The notes: generated by a model from the letters alone, not told the origin. DNA of 33,412 nt from Gemmatimonadales bacterium (GCA_036566145.1 DATCWW010000204.1:1-33412); one strand, 5' to 3'; counted from the first letter of the stretch, positions 1 through 7,988 are shown. Program-made: numbers and translations.

Positions 1-157
1 CGGCCGCGGCGGCCGCGTTGGCGCTGTCCGCCGCCGGAGCCGCGGCACTGGGCTGGGTCTCGGGCGTGACGTCTTCGGGTCCCTTGTTCTTGGAGCAGCT
101 CGCCGTCACGAGGAACGCTCCGGCCGCGGCCGGCAACAGCAGGGTCATCCAACGCAT
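1..157 (-). CDS. putative lipoprotein, N-terminal fragment (gene continues past left edge)
   Basis: Not in the ORF track because it runs off the edge. A reverse-strand ATG at 157 is preceded by GGAGG (162-166). It translates MRWMTLLLPAAAGAFLVTASCSKNKGPEDVTPE..., a signal peptide with a lipobox-like TASC. It lies 26 nt downstream of the preceding minus-strand gene. Confidence 0.5.
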   Translation of the reverse strand, partial: MRWMTLLLPAAAGAFLVTASCSKNKGPEDVTPETQPSAAAPAADSANAAAAA

Positions 158-183
158 CGTGCCTCCAGGGTGGGTATCTCGAT

Positions 184-786
184 CTAGTTCGCGAACACCT
201 TCTGCTTCTTCATTTCTTGCACGGTCGCGGTGATGATCTCGTCCACCAGGCTGGCCATGTTCGCCGGATTCACCGTCTGGCTCCGGCTGGACCAGAGCAA
301 CTTCTCCTGCTCGACCTGGTAGACATTCGTGTTGAAATCCACGTACTGATTTTCCTGGACGTACCCAGGATCGTAGTACGTGCTCCACCCATAGCCCCAT
401 CCGCCCCACATCGTGTTGTAGTATGCAGGCACGGCGTACGCCTGGCCAGGGACGTAGGTGGTCGTGCGATCCACGTTGACCAGCGCCATGATCACGGCCC
501 CGTCGAACCCGCCGGCCTTGACCTTGGCCTTGGCCGCCTCCCGGTCCTGCAGGTCGTCATCCGTCAGGATCGTGTAGCTCTGGGTCGAGTTCTTGATCCG
601 CTTGGCCAGCCCATCCTCGACCGTCCGGCGCGTCCCGGGATCCTTGCAGGCGCAGACGGCCAGGACCTTGGTGAACCGGACGGATCCCGCGCTGGGGTCC
701 TTCCAGCTGTTCGTCACCTCGGTCGTCGGCGCGCAGGCCGCGGCGAGCAGGAGGGCTACGGCGATGGGGCCGTGGGACTTGCGCAT
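184..786 (-). CDS. DUF4136-like lipoprotein
   Basis: Track ORF 184..846, trimmed to the internal ATG at 786 (MRKSHGPIAVALLLAAACAPTT, signal peptide plus lipobox AAAC). The C-terminal half (VDFNTNVYQVEQEKLLWSSRSQ...VDEIITATVQEM) resembles the DUF4136 lipoprotein fold. It carries a W/G/Y-rich insert, YYNTMWGGWGYGWSTYYDPGY. Confidence 0.7.
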   Translation of the reverse strand: MRKSHGPIAVALLLAAACAPTTEVTNSWKDPSAGSVRFTKVLAVCACKDPGTRRTVEDGLAKRIKNSTQSYTILTDDDLQDREAAKAKVKAGGFDGAVIMALVNVDRTTTYVPGQAYAVPAYYNTMWGGWGYGWSTYYDPGYVQENQYVDFNTNVYQVEQEKLLWSSRSQTVNPANMASLVDEIITATVQEMKKQKVFAN

Positions 787-842
787 GGGTATGGCTCCGG
801 AGAATGCAGACCTTTCAGAATCGCCTTCCGCCGTTCCCCGAG

Positions 843-862
843 CCACTAGACCTTGGTCCAGC
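843..862 (-). promoter_or_regulatory. ACCAAGGTC-box copy S1 (reads GCTGGACCAAGGTCTAGTGG on minus strand)
   Basis: Intergenic, 56 nt upstream of the minus-strand lipoprotein start at 786. It contains the exact core ACCAAGGTC and the inverted repeat GACC-AA-GGTC. Confidence 0.55.
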
Positions 863-873
863 CGGGAGTTCGG

Positions 874-1653
874 TCAGAAACGCGCCTCGAAACCGAGGGT
901 AGGGCCGCTCAGGTAGGCGTCGTACACGAAATCGTCGGATTCGTAGTCCGTATCCAGGTGCCGGTAGGCGGCGAGTGCGGTACAGCAGGCCCCGACGTCG
1001 ATCCCCACGCCCCCCAGCGCCTGCCAGGTGAAATCGGAGGCTCCGGTCCCCATGTCGGCCTTGCCGGTAAGGTGCCACCGCCGGGCGAACCCGTAGCGCA
1101 CCCGGGCGCCGACCGTGCCGTCCACCCAGCCCTTGGAGCCCGAGACCGCGGCCACTTGCGTGCCCGACTCGGTCACATCGACGCCGGCATCGGTGTGCCA
1201 GTACCGCGCGCCGGCGAGCCCGTCCACCCCGCCCCAGGGCCGGACCACCAAGGTGTAACCGATCTCCGGCTGCAGGATGACCTGATCGATCGACGCGTGC
1301 ACCGTCTGGTTCCCGGCGATCTCGTCGTCACCGATGCTGTGGTAGACGAAGTCGAGTCGTCCCAGCCAGCGTTCGCGCCGGGCCTCGCCCAGCGCCGCGA
1401 GGCCGACCGTGATGTTGTCGAGGACGTCGCCGACCGAGAGGTCTACGTCGGCCTCGCTGCCGTCCACGCCGAGGCGGCCCTTCTGGCCGGCGCTCCAGAC
1501 GTAGGGGGTGATCGAGAACCCCCAGCGGACCGGGCCGAGGGTGTCGGGGCTGGCATGGGCATCCGGGACGTAGTCACCCTGGGCCCGGAGCGGCGCCGGC
1601 GCCGCGAGCGCCAGCGCCAGGCTCAGACGGAGGATCCGGCCTGTTCGGCTCAT
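874..1653 (-). CDS. outer-membrane beta-barrel protein (uncharacterised family)
   Basis: Track ORF 874..1770, trimmed to the ATG at 1653 (MSRTGRILRLSLALALAAPAPLRAQ signal peptide). The sequence shows an alternating amphipathic pattern, is rich in aromatic and Gly residues, and ends with the C-terminal ...GFEARF typical of OMPs. Confidence 0.75.
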   Translation of the reverse strand: MSRTGRILRLSLALALAAPAPLRAQGDYVPDAHASPDTLGPVRWGFSITPYVWSAGQKGRLGVDGSEADVDLSVGDVLDNITVGLAALGEARRERWLGRLDFVYHSIGDDEIAGNQTVHASIDQVILQPEIGYTLVVRPWGGVDGLAGARYWHTDAGVDVTESGTQVAAVSGSKGWVDGTVGARVRYGFARRWHLTGKADMGTGASDFTWQALGGVGIDVGACCTALAAYRHLDTDYESDDFVYDAYLSGPTLGFEARF

Positions 1654-1682
1654 CGCTGGTGTCGCCGCCGCCGCCTCCCGGT

Positions 1683-2357
1683 TCAGAAGGCCAGGACCAA
1701 CCCCGTGCTCAGGGTGCCCTGCGTGACCCACTCCGTCCCTTCGACCACGAAGCAGCCGTAGAAGTCGCACCAGGTGCCGTAGTCACCCGAGGGGAAGGGT
1801 GTGACCCAGAGGCGAGCGTCGAACCGGACACCGACCCGGTTGGACTTCGCCATGTACTTGCCGCCGGCACCGACCGACCAGGAGAAGCGGGTATCGCTCC
1901 CGAACCCATCCTCCTTGAGATCGAAGATGCCGATGCCGAGCGAGCCGCTCAGGAAGGGCTTGAATTGTCCCGTGCTGTGCACCGGTGTCCCGATGCCACC
2001 GATCTGGATGTAGTTGACGGCGAATCCTGCGCTCCTCCCCTGGCCGCCGCTGAACGGCCGGAAGTCGAGGTCGGTATCCTGGCGGAGATAGGTGAGCTCC
2101 ACGGCGCCGGCTTCCTCCAACAGAAAGCTCAGGATGCCGCCCCAGCCGAAAGAATCCTGGAGCTCCAGCTTACCGGCGCCTAGCGCGCCGCCCGCGTCGG
2201 TTTCGAAGGAGCCCCCCCACTGGTAGGCGCCGAAGGGGGTGATCTCGAACCGGTTATGGTGCTCCACCTCCACCAGCCCCTGGGCCTGGAGCCCCGAAAC
2301 CATGAGACCGCAGGACAGGCCTGCGACGGCCAGCACACGAGTGACGAGACGGTGCAC
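1683..2357 (-). CDS. outer-membrane beta-barrel protein (OmpA-like/OmpW-like small barrel)
   Basis: Track ORF 1683..2444, trimmed to the GTG at 2357, which has GGAGG 5-6 nt upstream (2363-2367). Signal peptide is VHRLVTRVLAVAGLSCGLMVSGLQAQ. The sequence has a beta-strand pattern and a C-terminal ...GLVLAF. Confidence 0.7.
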   Translation of the reverse strand: MHRLVTRVLAVAGLSCGLMVSGLQAQGLVEVEHHNRFEITPFGAYQWGGSFETDAGGALGAGKLELQDSFGWGGILSFLLEEAGAVELTYLRQDTDLDFRPFSGGQGRSAGFAVNYIQIGGIGTPVHSTGQFKPFLSGSLGIGIFDLKEDGFGSDTRFSWSVGAGGKYMAKSNRVGVRFDARLWVTPFPSGDYGTWCDFYGCFVVEGTEWVTQGTLSTGLVLAF

Positions 2358-2440
2358 GTTGCCTCCAACCGTGAGGTTCGGGATGGGCCCGCGGTACTGC
2401 GGATGACAGTCCCCACCATCGCCGGTCCGGCGGTAGGGGA

Positions 2441-2460
2441 CCATTGGACCTTGGTGCAGG
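2441..2460 (-). promoter_or_regulatory. ACCAAGGTC-box copy S2 (reads CCTGCACCAAGGTCCAATGG on minus strand)
   Basis: Intergenic between the HAD gene end (2478) and the barrel gene start (2357), 83 nt upstream of the latter. It matches the box consensus exactly. Confidence 0.6.
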
Positions 2461-2477
2461 GAAAAGTGGCGTCCGGC

Positions 2478-3464
2478 CTAGCGCAGCGCCAGCGCCGGCG
2501 CCTCGGCGAACACGGTGCTCCAGTCCTGGCGGACGCTCACCACCGTCCAGCCGCGGCGCGGGGCGAGCTCGAGCGCCCGCTCGGCTCCCGCGCCGTAGTC
2601 GAACTCCCGGGCCCGGTCGTCGTGCCGGAGGAGGAGCCGGAGCACCGGCCGGCCGGGGCTCCCGGCGTACTCCAGCATCGGAATGTCGGCATTGGAGTTA
2701 CCGGCCGCGAGGATGGGCCGACGCCCGATCCGGCTCCAGATCCGGACCGGCTTCGAGGGCCCGTCGTCGAACACGTCAGGCAGAGCCCGGAAGACCACCG
2801 CGCCCCCCTCGGGCCCCTCCCGGTAGCGGAGCGCCGAGGCATTGCCGATCACCCGCTCGGGCGGGACCCCGTACATCGCCTCGGCGAGAGTGCGCATGAA
2901 GTCCCGGTCACCACTCGCGGCGACGTAGCAGGTGAACTCGCCGGCCACCAGATACCGGACCAGCTCGACCATCGGCTGGTAACCGCACTCGGCCAGGCCG
3001 CGCCGCAGCGTGGGGTGGCGGGCGTGATGGAGGAACGCATCCGCCTCGCGCTCGTAGTCCTCCACCGGCCAGCCGCGGAAGGCCTGGAGGATGCCGGCCA
3101 TCAGGACCCTGGCCTCGGCATCGTCACCCTGGTAGTGGCTGGTGACTACCCGACCCAGCCAGGCGTAGTCCCGGTGGTACGCCGCCCGCCAGGGCTGCCG
3201 CTCGCGCAGGGCCGGCGCCGCCTCCGCCATCGCGGCCAGTCGCTGCAGGATGAACCCGAGCTCGATCGGCATGGGTTGCTCGCACCACAGTGTGCCGTCG
3301 GTATCGAAGACGGCGATCCGCTCGGCCGGCGGCACGAAGTCCCGGCTGCCGGGGCGGGTGACCGCGTCGACGAACCCTTCGATGGCGTCCCGCGCAGGGG
3401 TCAGGTTCCACGACGGCAGCACGGCCGGCGATCCGGGTGTGGAGAAGCCACGTCTGCCGGCCAT
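2478..3464 (-). CDS. HAD-superfamily hydrolase (HAD-IB-like phosphatase)
   Basis: Track ORF 2478..3539, trimmed to the ATG at 3464 (GGAGGG upstream). Motif I is FDTDGTLW (DxDxT). Later motifs are AASGDRDF and a GNSNADIPML-type motif IV. Confidence 0.75.
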   Translation of the reverse strand: MAGRRGFSTPGSPAVLPSWNLTPARDAIEGFVDAVTRPGSRDFVPPAERIAVFDTDGTLWCEQPMPIELGFILQRLAAMAEAAPALRERQPWRAAYHRDYAWLGRVVTSHYQGDDAEARVLMAGILQAFRGWPVEDYEREADAFLHHARHPTLRRGLAECGYQPMVELVRYLVAGEFTCYVAASGDRDFMRTLAEAMYGVPPERVIGNASALRYREGPEGGAVVFRALPDVFDDGPSKPVRIWSRIGRRPILAAGNSNADIPMLEYAGSPGRPVLRLLLRHDDRAREFDYGAGAERALELAPRRGWTVVSVRQDWSTVFAEAPALALR

Positions 3465-3528
3465 GCGCCCTCCGGGGTGGAGTCTGGAGGCTGGATCCTC
3501 AAGATGGGCGAGCGGCCCGGAACGGAGG

Positions 3529-3547
3529 TATTGCACCATAGTTCTAG
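3529..3547 (+). promoter_or_regulatory. degenerate box copy S3a (TATTGCACCATAGTTCTAG)
   Basis: Lies in the divergent HAD/MscS intergenic region. It shares the TTGCACC half and a TAGTTC variant of the second half. The same variant is seen at 8841-8860. Confidence 0.4.
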
Positions 3548-3560
3548 GCGGGCGCGGTGA

Positions 3561-3579
3561 CCTGCACCAAGGTCTGATG
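3561..3579 (+). promoter_or_regulatory. ACCAAGGTC-box copy S3b (CCTGCACCAAGGTCTGATG)
   Basis: Lies 32 bp after S3a in the same orientation. It is 94 nt upstream of the MscS ATG at 3674, or 28 nt upstream of the alternative GTG at 3608. Confidence 0.6.
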
Positions 3580-3673
3580 TCACCAGGGCGGCCCGCCCCC
3601 TATCCTCGTGTCACTGCCCCTCTACCAGGCCGAAGCACCGGATCGGCCGCGACCACGCGGGCGAGGGCGTTCG

Positions 3674-5323
3674 ATGCTCCGGACCACGTACTCGGTTCTC
3701 CTCGCTCTCGCGGCGCTGGCGCGCGGCGTCTCGGCCGCGGCGCAAACCTCCAGCACAGACGAAGGTGTCGAGGCGACCGCGCCGGTCGTCCTCGACGGGT
3801 ACACTCTGTTCCAGGTCCGCGGGGCTCGATCCTACCCCGCCGAACGGCGGGCCGGGGAGATCGCGGACCGGATCGCCCGGGTAGCCGCGGACCGGAGTGT
3901 GCCGGTCGATTCCCTCATCGTGCGGGAGACCCCCGTCGCGAGCCTGGTGGTCGCCGAGGACCGGCTGCTGCTGGGCGTGCTGGACGCGGATGCCGAGCTG
4001 GAGGGCATCAACAGGCAGGTCGTGGCCGAGGCATTCCGCCGGCGGATCGGAGAGGCGATCCGCCAGTTCCGGCACGAGCGCGAGCCCCAGGTGCTCTGGA
4101 ACGGCGCGGCGCGTGCCCTGGCCGCCACGGTCGCCCTGGCCATCGTCCTCTGGCTCGGGGTGCGGGCGCGCCGCCGGATCTACGCCCTGCTGGAGCGGCG
4201 CTACCGCCGAAGGCTGCACGACCTACAGGTGAGCTCGATTCCACTGGTGCGGGCGGAGCAGCTCTGGCGGATGACCAACCGCATGTTCACCGCGACCACG
4301 GTGCTCCTCGCGGCCACGGCGTGGTACCTCTATCTCCAGTACGTACTGGTCCTCTTCCCCTGGACGCGCGCGCTGGGCTACGGCCTCACGGCCATGCTGT
4401 TGCGGCCGGTGTCGACCATCGCCGCGGGTATCCTGCACTACGTACCGAATCTCATCTTCCTGGTCGTGCTGGCCATCGCGATCCGATGGCTCCTGGCCTT
4501 CGTTCACGTAATCTTCCGCCAGCTGGGCGACGGCAGCCTGACGATGGCGGGGTTCGACCCGGAATGGGCGGTCCCAACCGAGCGCCTCGCCCGCCTGCTC
4601 GTCTTCGGCTTCGCCCTGGTGGTCGCGTACCCCTACATCCCTGGCTCGGGCTCGGAGGCGTTCAAAGGCCTGTCGATCATGTTCGGGGTGCTGTTCTCGA
4701 TCGGCTCGTCCTCGGTAATCGGCAACCTGGTCGCCGGGCAGAGCCTGGCCTACCGCCGGGCCTTCCGGGTGGGCGACCGGATCCGGGTCGGCGAATACGT
4801 CGGCGAAGTGACCAAGACCAGCCTGCTCACGACCTTCGTGCGGTCGGCCAAGAACGAGCAGATCGTGATCCCCAACTCGGTGGTCCTGAACACGGAGGTC
4901 ATCAACTTCAGTACCCTGGCCCGCGCCGGCGGCGTCATCGTGCACACCAGCGTCGGGATCGGATACGAGACGCCGTGGAGGCAGGTGGAGGCCATGTTGC
5001 TCGAGGCCGCGGCGCGGACGCCGGGGCTCCTGCAGGACCCCAAGCCGTTCGTGCTGCAACGCGGCTTGGGGGATTTCGCGGTGACCTATGAGATCAACGC
5101 CTACACCGGCGACGCGCTCGCCATGCTCCGCCTGACGAGTGAGCTGCACCGCAACATCCTCGACATCTTCAACGAATACGGGGTCCAGATCATGACCCCG
5201 GCCTACGAAGGCGATCCGGAACAGCCCAAGGTGGTTCCCCGCGAGCAGTGGTTCACCGCTCCGGCGCGCTCGACCGACGTTCCAGTATCGGCGGTGACGC
5301 CGGGGAACGGCGGCCCGGGCTAG
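3674..5323 (+). CDS. mechanosensitive ion channel, MscS family (signal peptide plus periplasmic N-domain)
   Basis: Track ORF 3608..5323; the preferred start is the ATG at 3674 (MLRTTYSVLLALAALARGVSAAAQ). There are several TM helices. The MscS core is GNLVAGQSLAYRRAFRVGDRIRVGEYVGEVTKTSLLTTFVRSAKNEQIVIPNSVV. Confidence 0.85.
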   Translation: MLRTTYSVLLALAALARGVSAAAQTSSTDEGVEATAPVVLDGYTLFQVRGARSYPAERRAGEIADRIARVAADRSVPVDSLIVRETPVASLVVAEDRLLLGVLDADAELEGINRQVVAEAFRRRIGEAIRQFRHEREPQVLWNGAARALAATVALAIVLWLGVRARRRIYALLERRYRRRLHDLQVSSIPLVRAEQLWRMTNRMFTATTVLLAATAWYLYLQYVLVLFPWTRALGYGLTAMLLRPVSTIAAGILHYVPNLIFLVVLAIAIRWLLAFVHVIFRQLGDGSLTMAGFDPEWAVPTERLARLLVFGFALVVAYPYIPGSGSEAFKGLSIMFGVLFSIGSSSVIGNLVAGQSLAYRRAFRVGDRIRVGEYVGEVTKTSLLTTFVRSAKNEQIVIPNSVVLNTEVINFSTLARAGGVIVHTSVGIGYETPWRQVEAMLLEAAARTPGLLQDPKPFVLQRGLGDFAVTYEINAYTGDALAMLRLTSELHRNILDIFNEYGVQIMTPAYEGDPEQPKVVPREQWFTAPARSTDVPVSAVTPGNGGPG

Positions 5324-5340
5324 ACCTTGGTGCAATTGGC
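5321..5340 (-). promoter_or_regulatory. ACCAAGGTC-box copy S4 (reads GCCAATTGCACCAAGGTCTA on minus strand)
   Basis: Starts at the MscS stop codon (TAG 5321-5323). It covers the only possible start codons (TTG 5327, GTG 5330, TTG 5336) of the downstream plus-strand lipoprotein gene. It is the only copy whose orientation opposes the downstream gene. Confidence 0.5.
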
Positions 5341-6088
5341 GGCCTCCCACGACGACCCGAATCTTGGTCCTCGATACCCACCACCTCTGCCGGAGGCCTC
5401 TCTGACATACCCCTCGTCTCCCGGCTCCGTCCGCGCCCGTCAGATCCTGCTCCGGCTGGGCTTCACCGCCGCCGTCGCGGGCGCCGGCGCGTGTCACCCG
5501 GACGAGCCGACCAACGTTGCGGAGCTGGACGTGGTCGCGACCGCGCACGAAGACTCGGTGAATTACGGGGCGATCGCGACCTACGTCATGCCGGATTCGG
5601 TCGTGGCCGTGGTGCCGCCGGAGAGCGTGCTCACCACCCTTCCCTTCGATCATAGCCATGATCAGCAGATCCTCGACCAGACGGCCGAGCACCTGGCCGC
5701 GCTGGGGTACACCCGGCTGGACACGTACGATGCCGACAACCCTCCGGATGTCGTGGTGACGATCCGCGGGATCGCGGTCCGGAACACCGACATCTACGTG
5801 AGCTATCCGTGGTGGGACTACTGGGGCTGGTACGGCTGGCCCTGCTGCTACGGGCCGGGCTGGGGGGTAGGCTACCCGGTCGTCACGGCCACGCAGTACG
5901 ACGTCGGGACCATCGCGATCGACATGTGGGACGTCAGGCGTGCCGATAACGCGGCGGAGCGGATCCCCACCATCTGGGTCGCGGCGCTCCGGGGCCTGCT
6001 CGAGGGCTCCGCAGCCGACGCCCCGGCCCGCATCGAGCGGGCGATCGATCGAGCGTTCGAGCAGTCACCGTACCTCGGCCACCCTTAG
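5327..6088 (+). CDS. DUF4136-like lipoprotein (paralog of 184..786)
   Basis: Lipobox is LRLGFTAAVAGAGAC. The DUF4136-like C-terminus is GTIAIDMWDVRRADNAAERIPTIWVAALRGLL...IDRAFEQSPYL. The W/G/Y-rich insert is YPWWDYWGWYGWPCCYGPGWGVGYP. The start is uncertain: only TTG/GTG codons at 5327-5336 are in frame, which gives an unusually long N-extension of about 40 aa before the signal peptide. Confidence 0.7.
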   Translation: MVQLAASHDDPNLGPRYPPPLPEASLTYPSSPGSVRARQILLRLGFTAAVAGAGACHPDEPTNVAELDVVATAHEDSVNYGAIATYVMPDSVVAVVPPESVLTTLPFDHSHDQQILDQTAEHLAALGYTRLDTYDADNPPDVVVTIRGIAVRNTDIYVSYPWWDYWGWYGWPCCYGPGWGVGYPVVTATQYDVGTIAIDMWDVRRADNAAERIPTIWVAALRGLLEGSAADAPARIERAIDRAFEQSPYLGHP

Positions 6089-6101
6089 CGGAGCAGACCC
6101 C

Positions 6102-6701
6102 ATGCGAGTGATTCGGCGATTCCTGCCCGTCCTCCTCCTGGTGCCGCTGGGTGCCGCTCCCGTCCGGGCCCAGAGCTGGTGGGGCGTGACCTATGCGCCC
6201 TCGATTCCGCTGTCGAACACGAAGGATTTTGCCGACAACGCCAGCTGGCGCGGAATCAACCTGGAGTACAAGAAGGCGGTGAAGGAGAACGTCACCGCCG
6301 GACTGAGCTTCGGATGGCACGTCTTCGACGACCGGACCGACGAGGTCCTCTCGGGCTTCGGGGTCGATATCAGCGGGGACCAGTTCCGCTACATCAACTC
6401 GTTCCCTCTGTTGGCGAACGTCTCGTACTTCCTGGGCAAGCCCGGCGGGGTCCGGCCGTTCATCGGCGCCGACGTGGGCGTGTACATCATGGAGCACCGC
6501 CTCGACATCGGGCTCTATTCGATCCATGAGACCAACGCGCATTTCGGCTTCGGGCCCGAGGCGGGGTTCGCCTATCCGATCAAGCCGAACATGTCGCTGC
6601 TCCTGACGGGCCGCTACAACTATGCGTTGAGCGCCGGCAGCGTGGACACCCAGCAGTACCTCAACTTCGGTATCGGCTTCGCCTGGAACCAAGGGTTCTG
6701 A
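6102..6701 (+). CDS. outer-membrane beta-barrel protein (small OmpW/OmpA-like barrel)
   Basis: Track ORF 5940..6701, trimmed to the ATG at 6102 (MRVIRRFLPVLLLVPLGAAPVRAQ), 13 nt after the lipoprotein stop. The sequence has an alternating beta pattern and a C-terminal ...GFAWNQGF. Confidence 0.8.
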   Translation: MRVIRRFLPVLLLVPLGAAPVRAQSWWGVTYAPSIPLSNTKDFADNASWRGINLEYKKAVKENVTAGLSFGWHVFDDRTDEVLSGFGVDISGDQFRYINSFPLLANVSYFLGKPGGVRPFIGADVGVYIMEHRLDIGLYSIHETNAHFGFGPEAGFAYPIKPNMSLLLTGRYNYALSAGSVDTQQYLNFGIGFAWNQGF

Positions 6702-6706
6702 GCCCG

Positions 6707-6751
6707 CACACTTCGGCCCTCGACGCGTCGCCGCTCGAGGGCCGAAGTGTG
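6707..6751. terminator. strong hairpin between convergent genes (probable bidirectional intrinsic terminator)
   Basis: Perfect 17-bp inverted repeat, cacacttcggccctcga / tcgagggccgaagtgtg, with an 11-nt loop. It lies between the stop at 6701 (+) and the stop at 6778 (-). There is no clear U-tract. Confidence 0.6.
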
Positions 6752-6777
6752 TCTCGCCCTGAGTCCGGGAGCAGCGG

Positions 6778-7863
6778 CTAGTGCGCGTGCCCTTCCGGGT
6801 GGTGGTGGGACTCGGCGCCGACGGTGAGGCGAACGTCCTTGCGATACTCCGGATCGTTGTGGGCCGGTGCCGGCCAGGCCGCCCCCATGCCCGGCAGAAC
6901 GATGCCCCCCAGCGCGCCCATGCCGCCGCCGGGGATCACCTGCCCGGTGGGGTTGTCGTAGAAGGCAGTGAGCCGGTATACGTGGTCCGGATCCAGCTTC
7001 AGGCCGAGCGGAAGGAAGTACTTGATGGGCATCCCTTCGACGACCCGGGCCGAATCCAGCTCGGGCCGGGCCTCCCACAGCACCTCGTTCGCCGTGACGT
7101 CCACCAGCCGGAGCGCCGTCCCATACTGGTGCAGGTGACCTCCCGCGGCCAGGAGCCGCACCGGGATGGCGGGGCGGCCCTCCCAACTGGCGCTGGAGCG
7201 ACCGGGCGGCAGGTCGAAGGAGTGGAATCCCGCCGGTGGAGTGACGTCGAGGTAGACCGGGTGGATGCCCAGCAGCGGAACGACGATGTCGGCGGGGGTG
7301 TAGTCGAGCTTGACCCGGATCCGGACCCCGTCCAGGGGTTTGGGCGTGGGGTTGTGCACCATGGCGGTGAACAGCACCGAGTCACCCGGATGGAGCCGGT
7401 AACCCAGGAAGAAGGGCAGCTCCCAGGGCTTGGTCTCCGGACCCGCCGCCCCGATGCGGAGCATGATCTGGCTGAAGAGCTCGCGCCGCTCGGGCATGAT
7501 GACGTTGAGGTGATGCAGAACCCGCTGGGGCACCTCGCGTCCCTGGGCATCGACCAAGTCTACCGACATTCCCCGTACCCAGCCGTTGATGGGCATCGCG
7601 ATCGCCCGTGGAGACGGCTGTTTCACCTCGCCGTGGCCCGCGTTGGCCGGCAGCGGGCTCAGACCGATCTCCACCGTGTACTCTCGGGTGGGCACTCCGC
7701 CAACCCATGCCAGGGCGGCCAGGACGCAGGCACCGACGGCGAGCCACGTCCCGACCCGCCGCCGCGTCAGGCGACGGCCCGGCCGGGCTCCGTCAGCTCC
7801 CGGCTCCTGGGAGCCGGTCGTGGTCGGATCGGTGCCGCGAAAAGCCGTCACGCGCATGAGCAT
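6778..7863 (-). CDS. membrane-anchored protein with PHM/DBH-like copper monooxygenase His/Met signature and a His-rich C-tail
   Basis: Clean 361-aa ORF with one N-terminal TM helix (VGTWLAVGACVLAALAWVGGV). Candidate ligand residues are VLHHLNV (H117,H118), AMVHNP (H170), GGHLHQYG (H243,H245) and GGGMGA (M315). The C-terminus is ESHHHPEGHAH. The functional call is an inference from ligand spacing only. Confidence 0.45.
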   Translation of the reverse strand: MLMRVTAFRGTDPTTTGSQEPGADGARPGRRLTRRRVGTWLAVGACVLAALAWVGGVPTREYTVEIGLSPLPANAGHGEVKQPSPRAIAMPINGWVRGMSVDLVDAQGREVPQRVLHHLNVIMPERRELFSQIMLRIGAAGPETKPWELPFFLGYRLHPGDSVLFTAMVHNPTPKPLDGVRIRVKLDYTPADIVVPLLGIHPVYLDVTPPAGFHSFDLPPGRSSASWEGRPAIPVRLLAAGGHLHQYGTALRLVDVTANEVLWEARPELDSARVVEGMPIKYFLPLGLKLDPDHVYRLTAFYDNPTGQVIPGGGMGALGGIVLPGMGAAWPAPAHNDPEYRKDVRLTVGAESHHHPEGHAH

Positions 7864-7988
7864 ACGTCCTGTTCGGGATTGATTGAATCCATAGGGCGAT
7901 TGCGCAATACCGAAGAGTATACCTAAGTGAGCCGTTGGGGAGGACTGGTAAGCCCCCGGGAAGGCCGGAGCGGCCCCCTGGAGACAAC

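Noticed and set aside
2256-5692. Long alternative ORFs 2256..3560 (+), 3250..5091 (+) and 4223..5692 (-).
   Set aside because: They overlap the HAD, MscS and DUF4136 genes in the wrong frame or strand. They have no motifs, no RBS and no sensible N-termini.
7864-7988. A relatively AT-rich intergenic stretch examined for a tRNA/sRNA or a box copy (GGTATTGCGCAATCGCCCTATGG on the minus strand).
   Set aside because: No cloverleaf or strong structure is present. Similarity to the box is limited to the ATTGC part. A TATACT -10-like hexamer (7915-7920) has no convincing -35. This is probably just the promoter region of 6778..7863.
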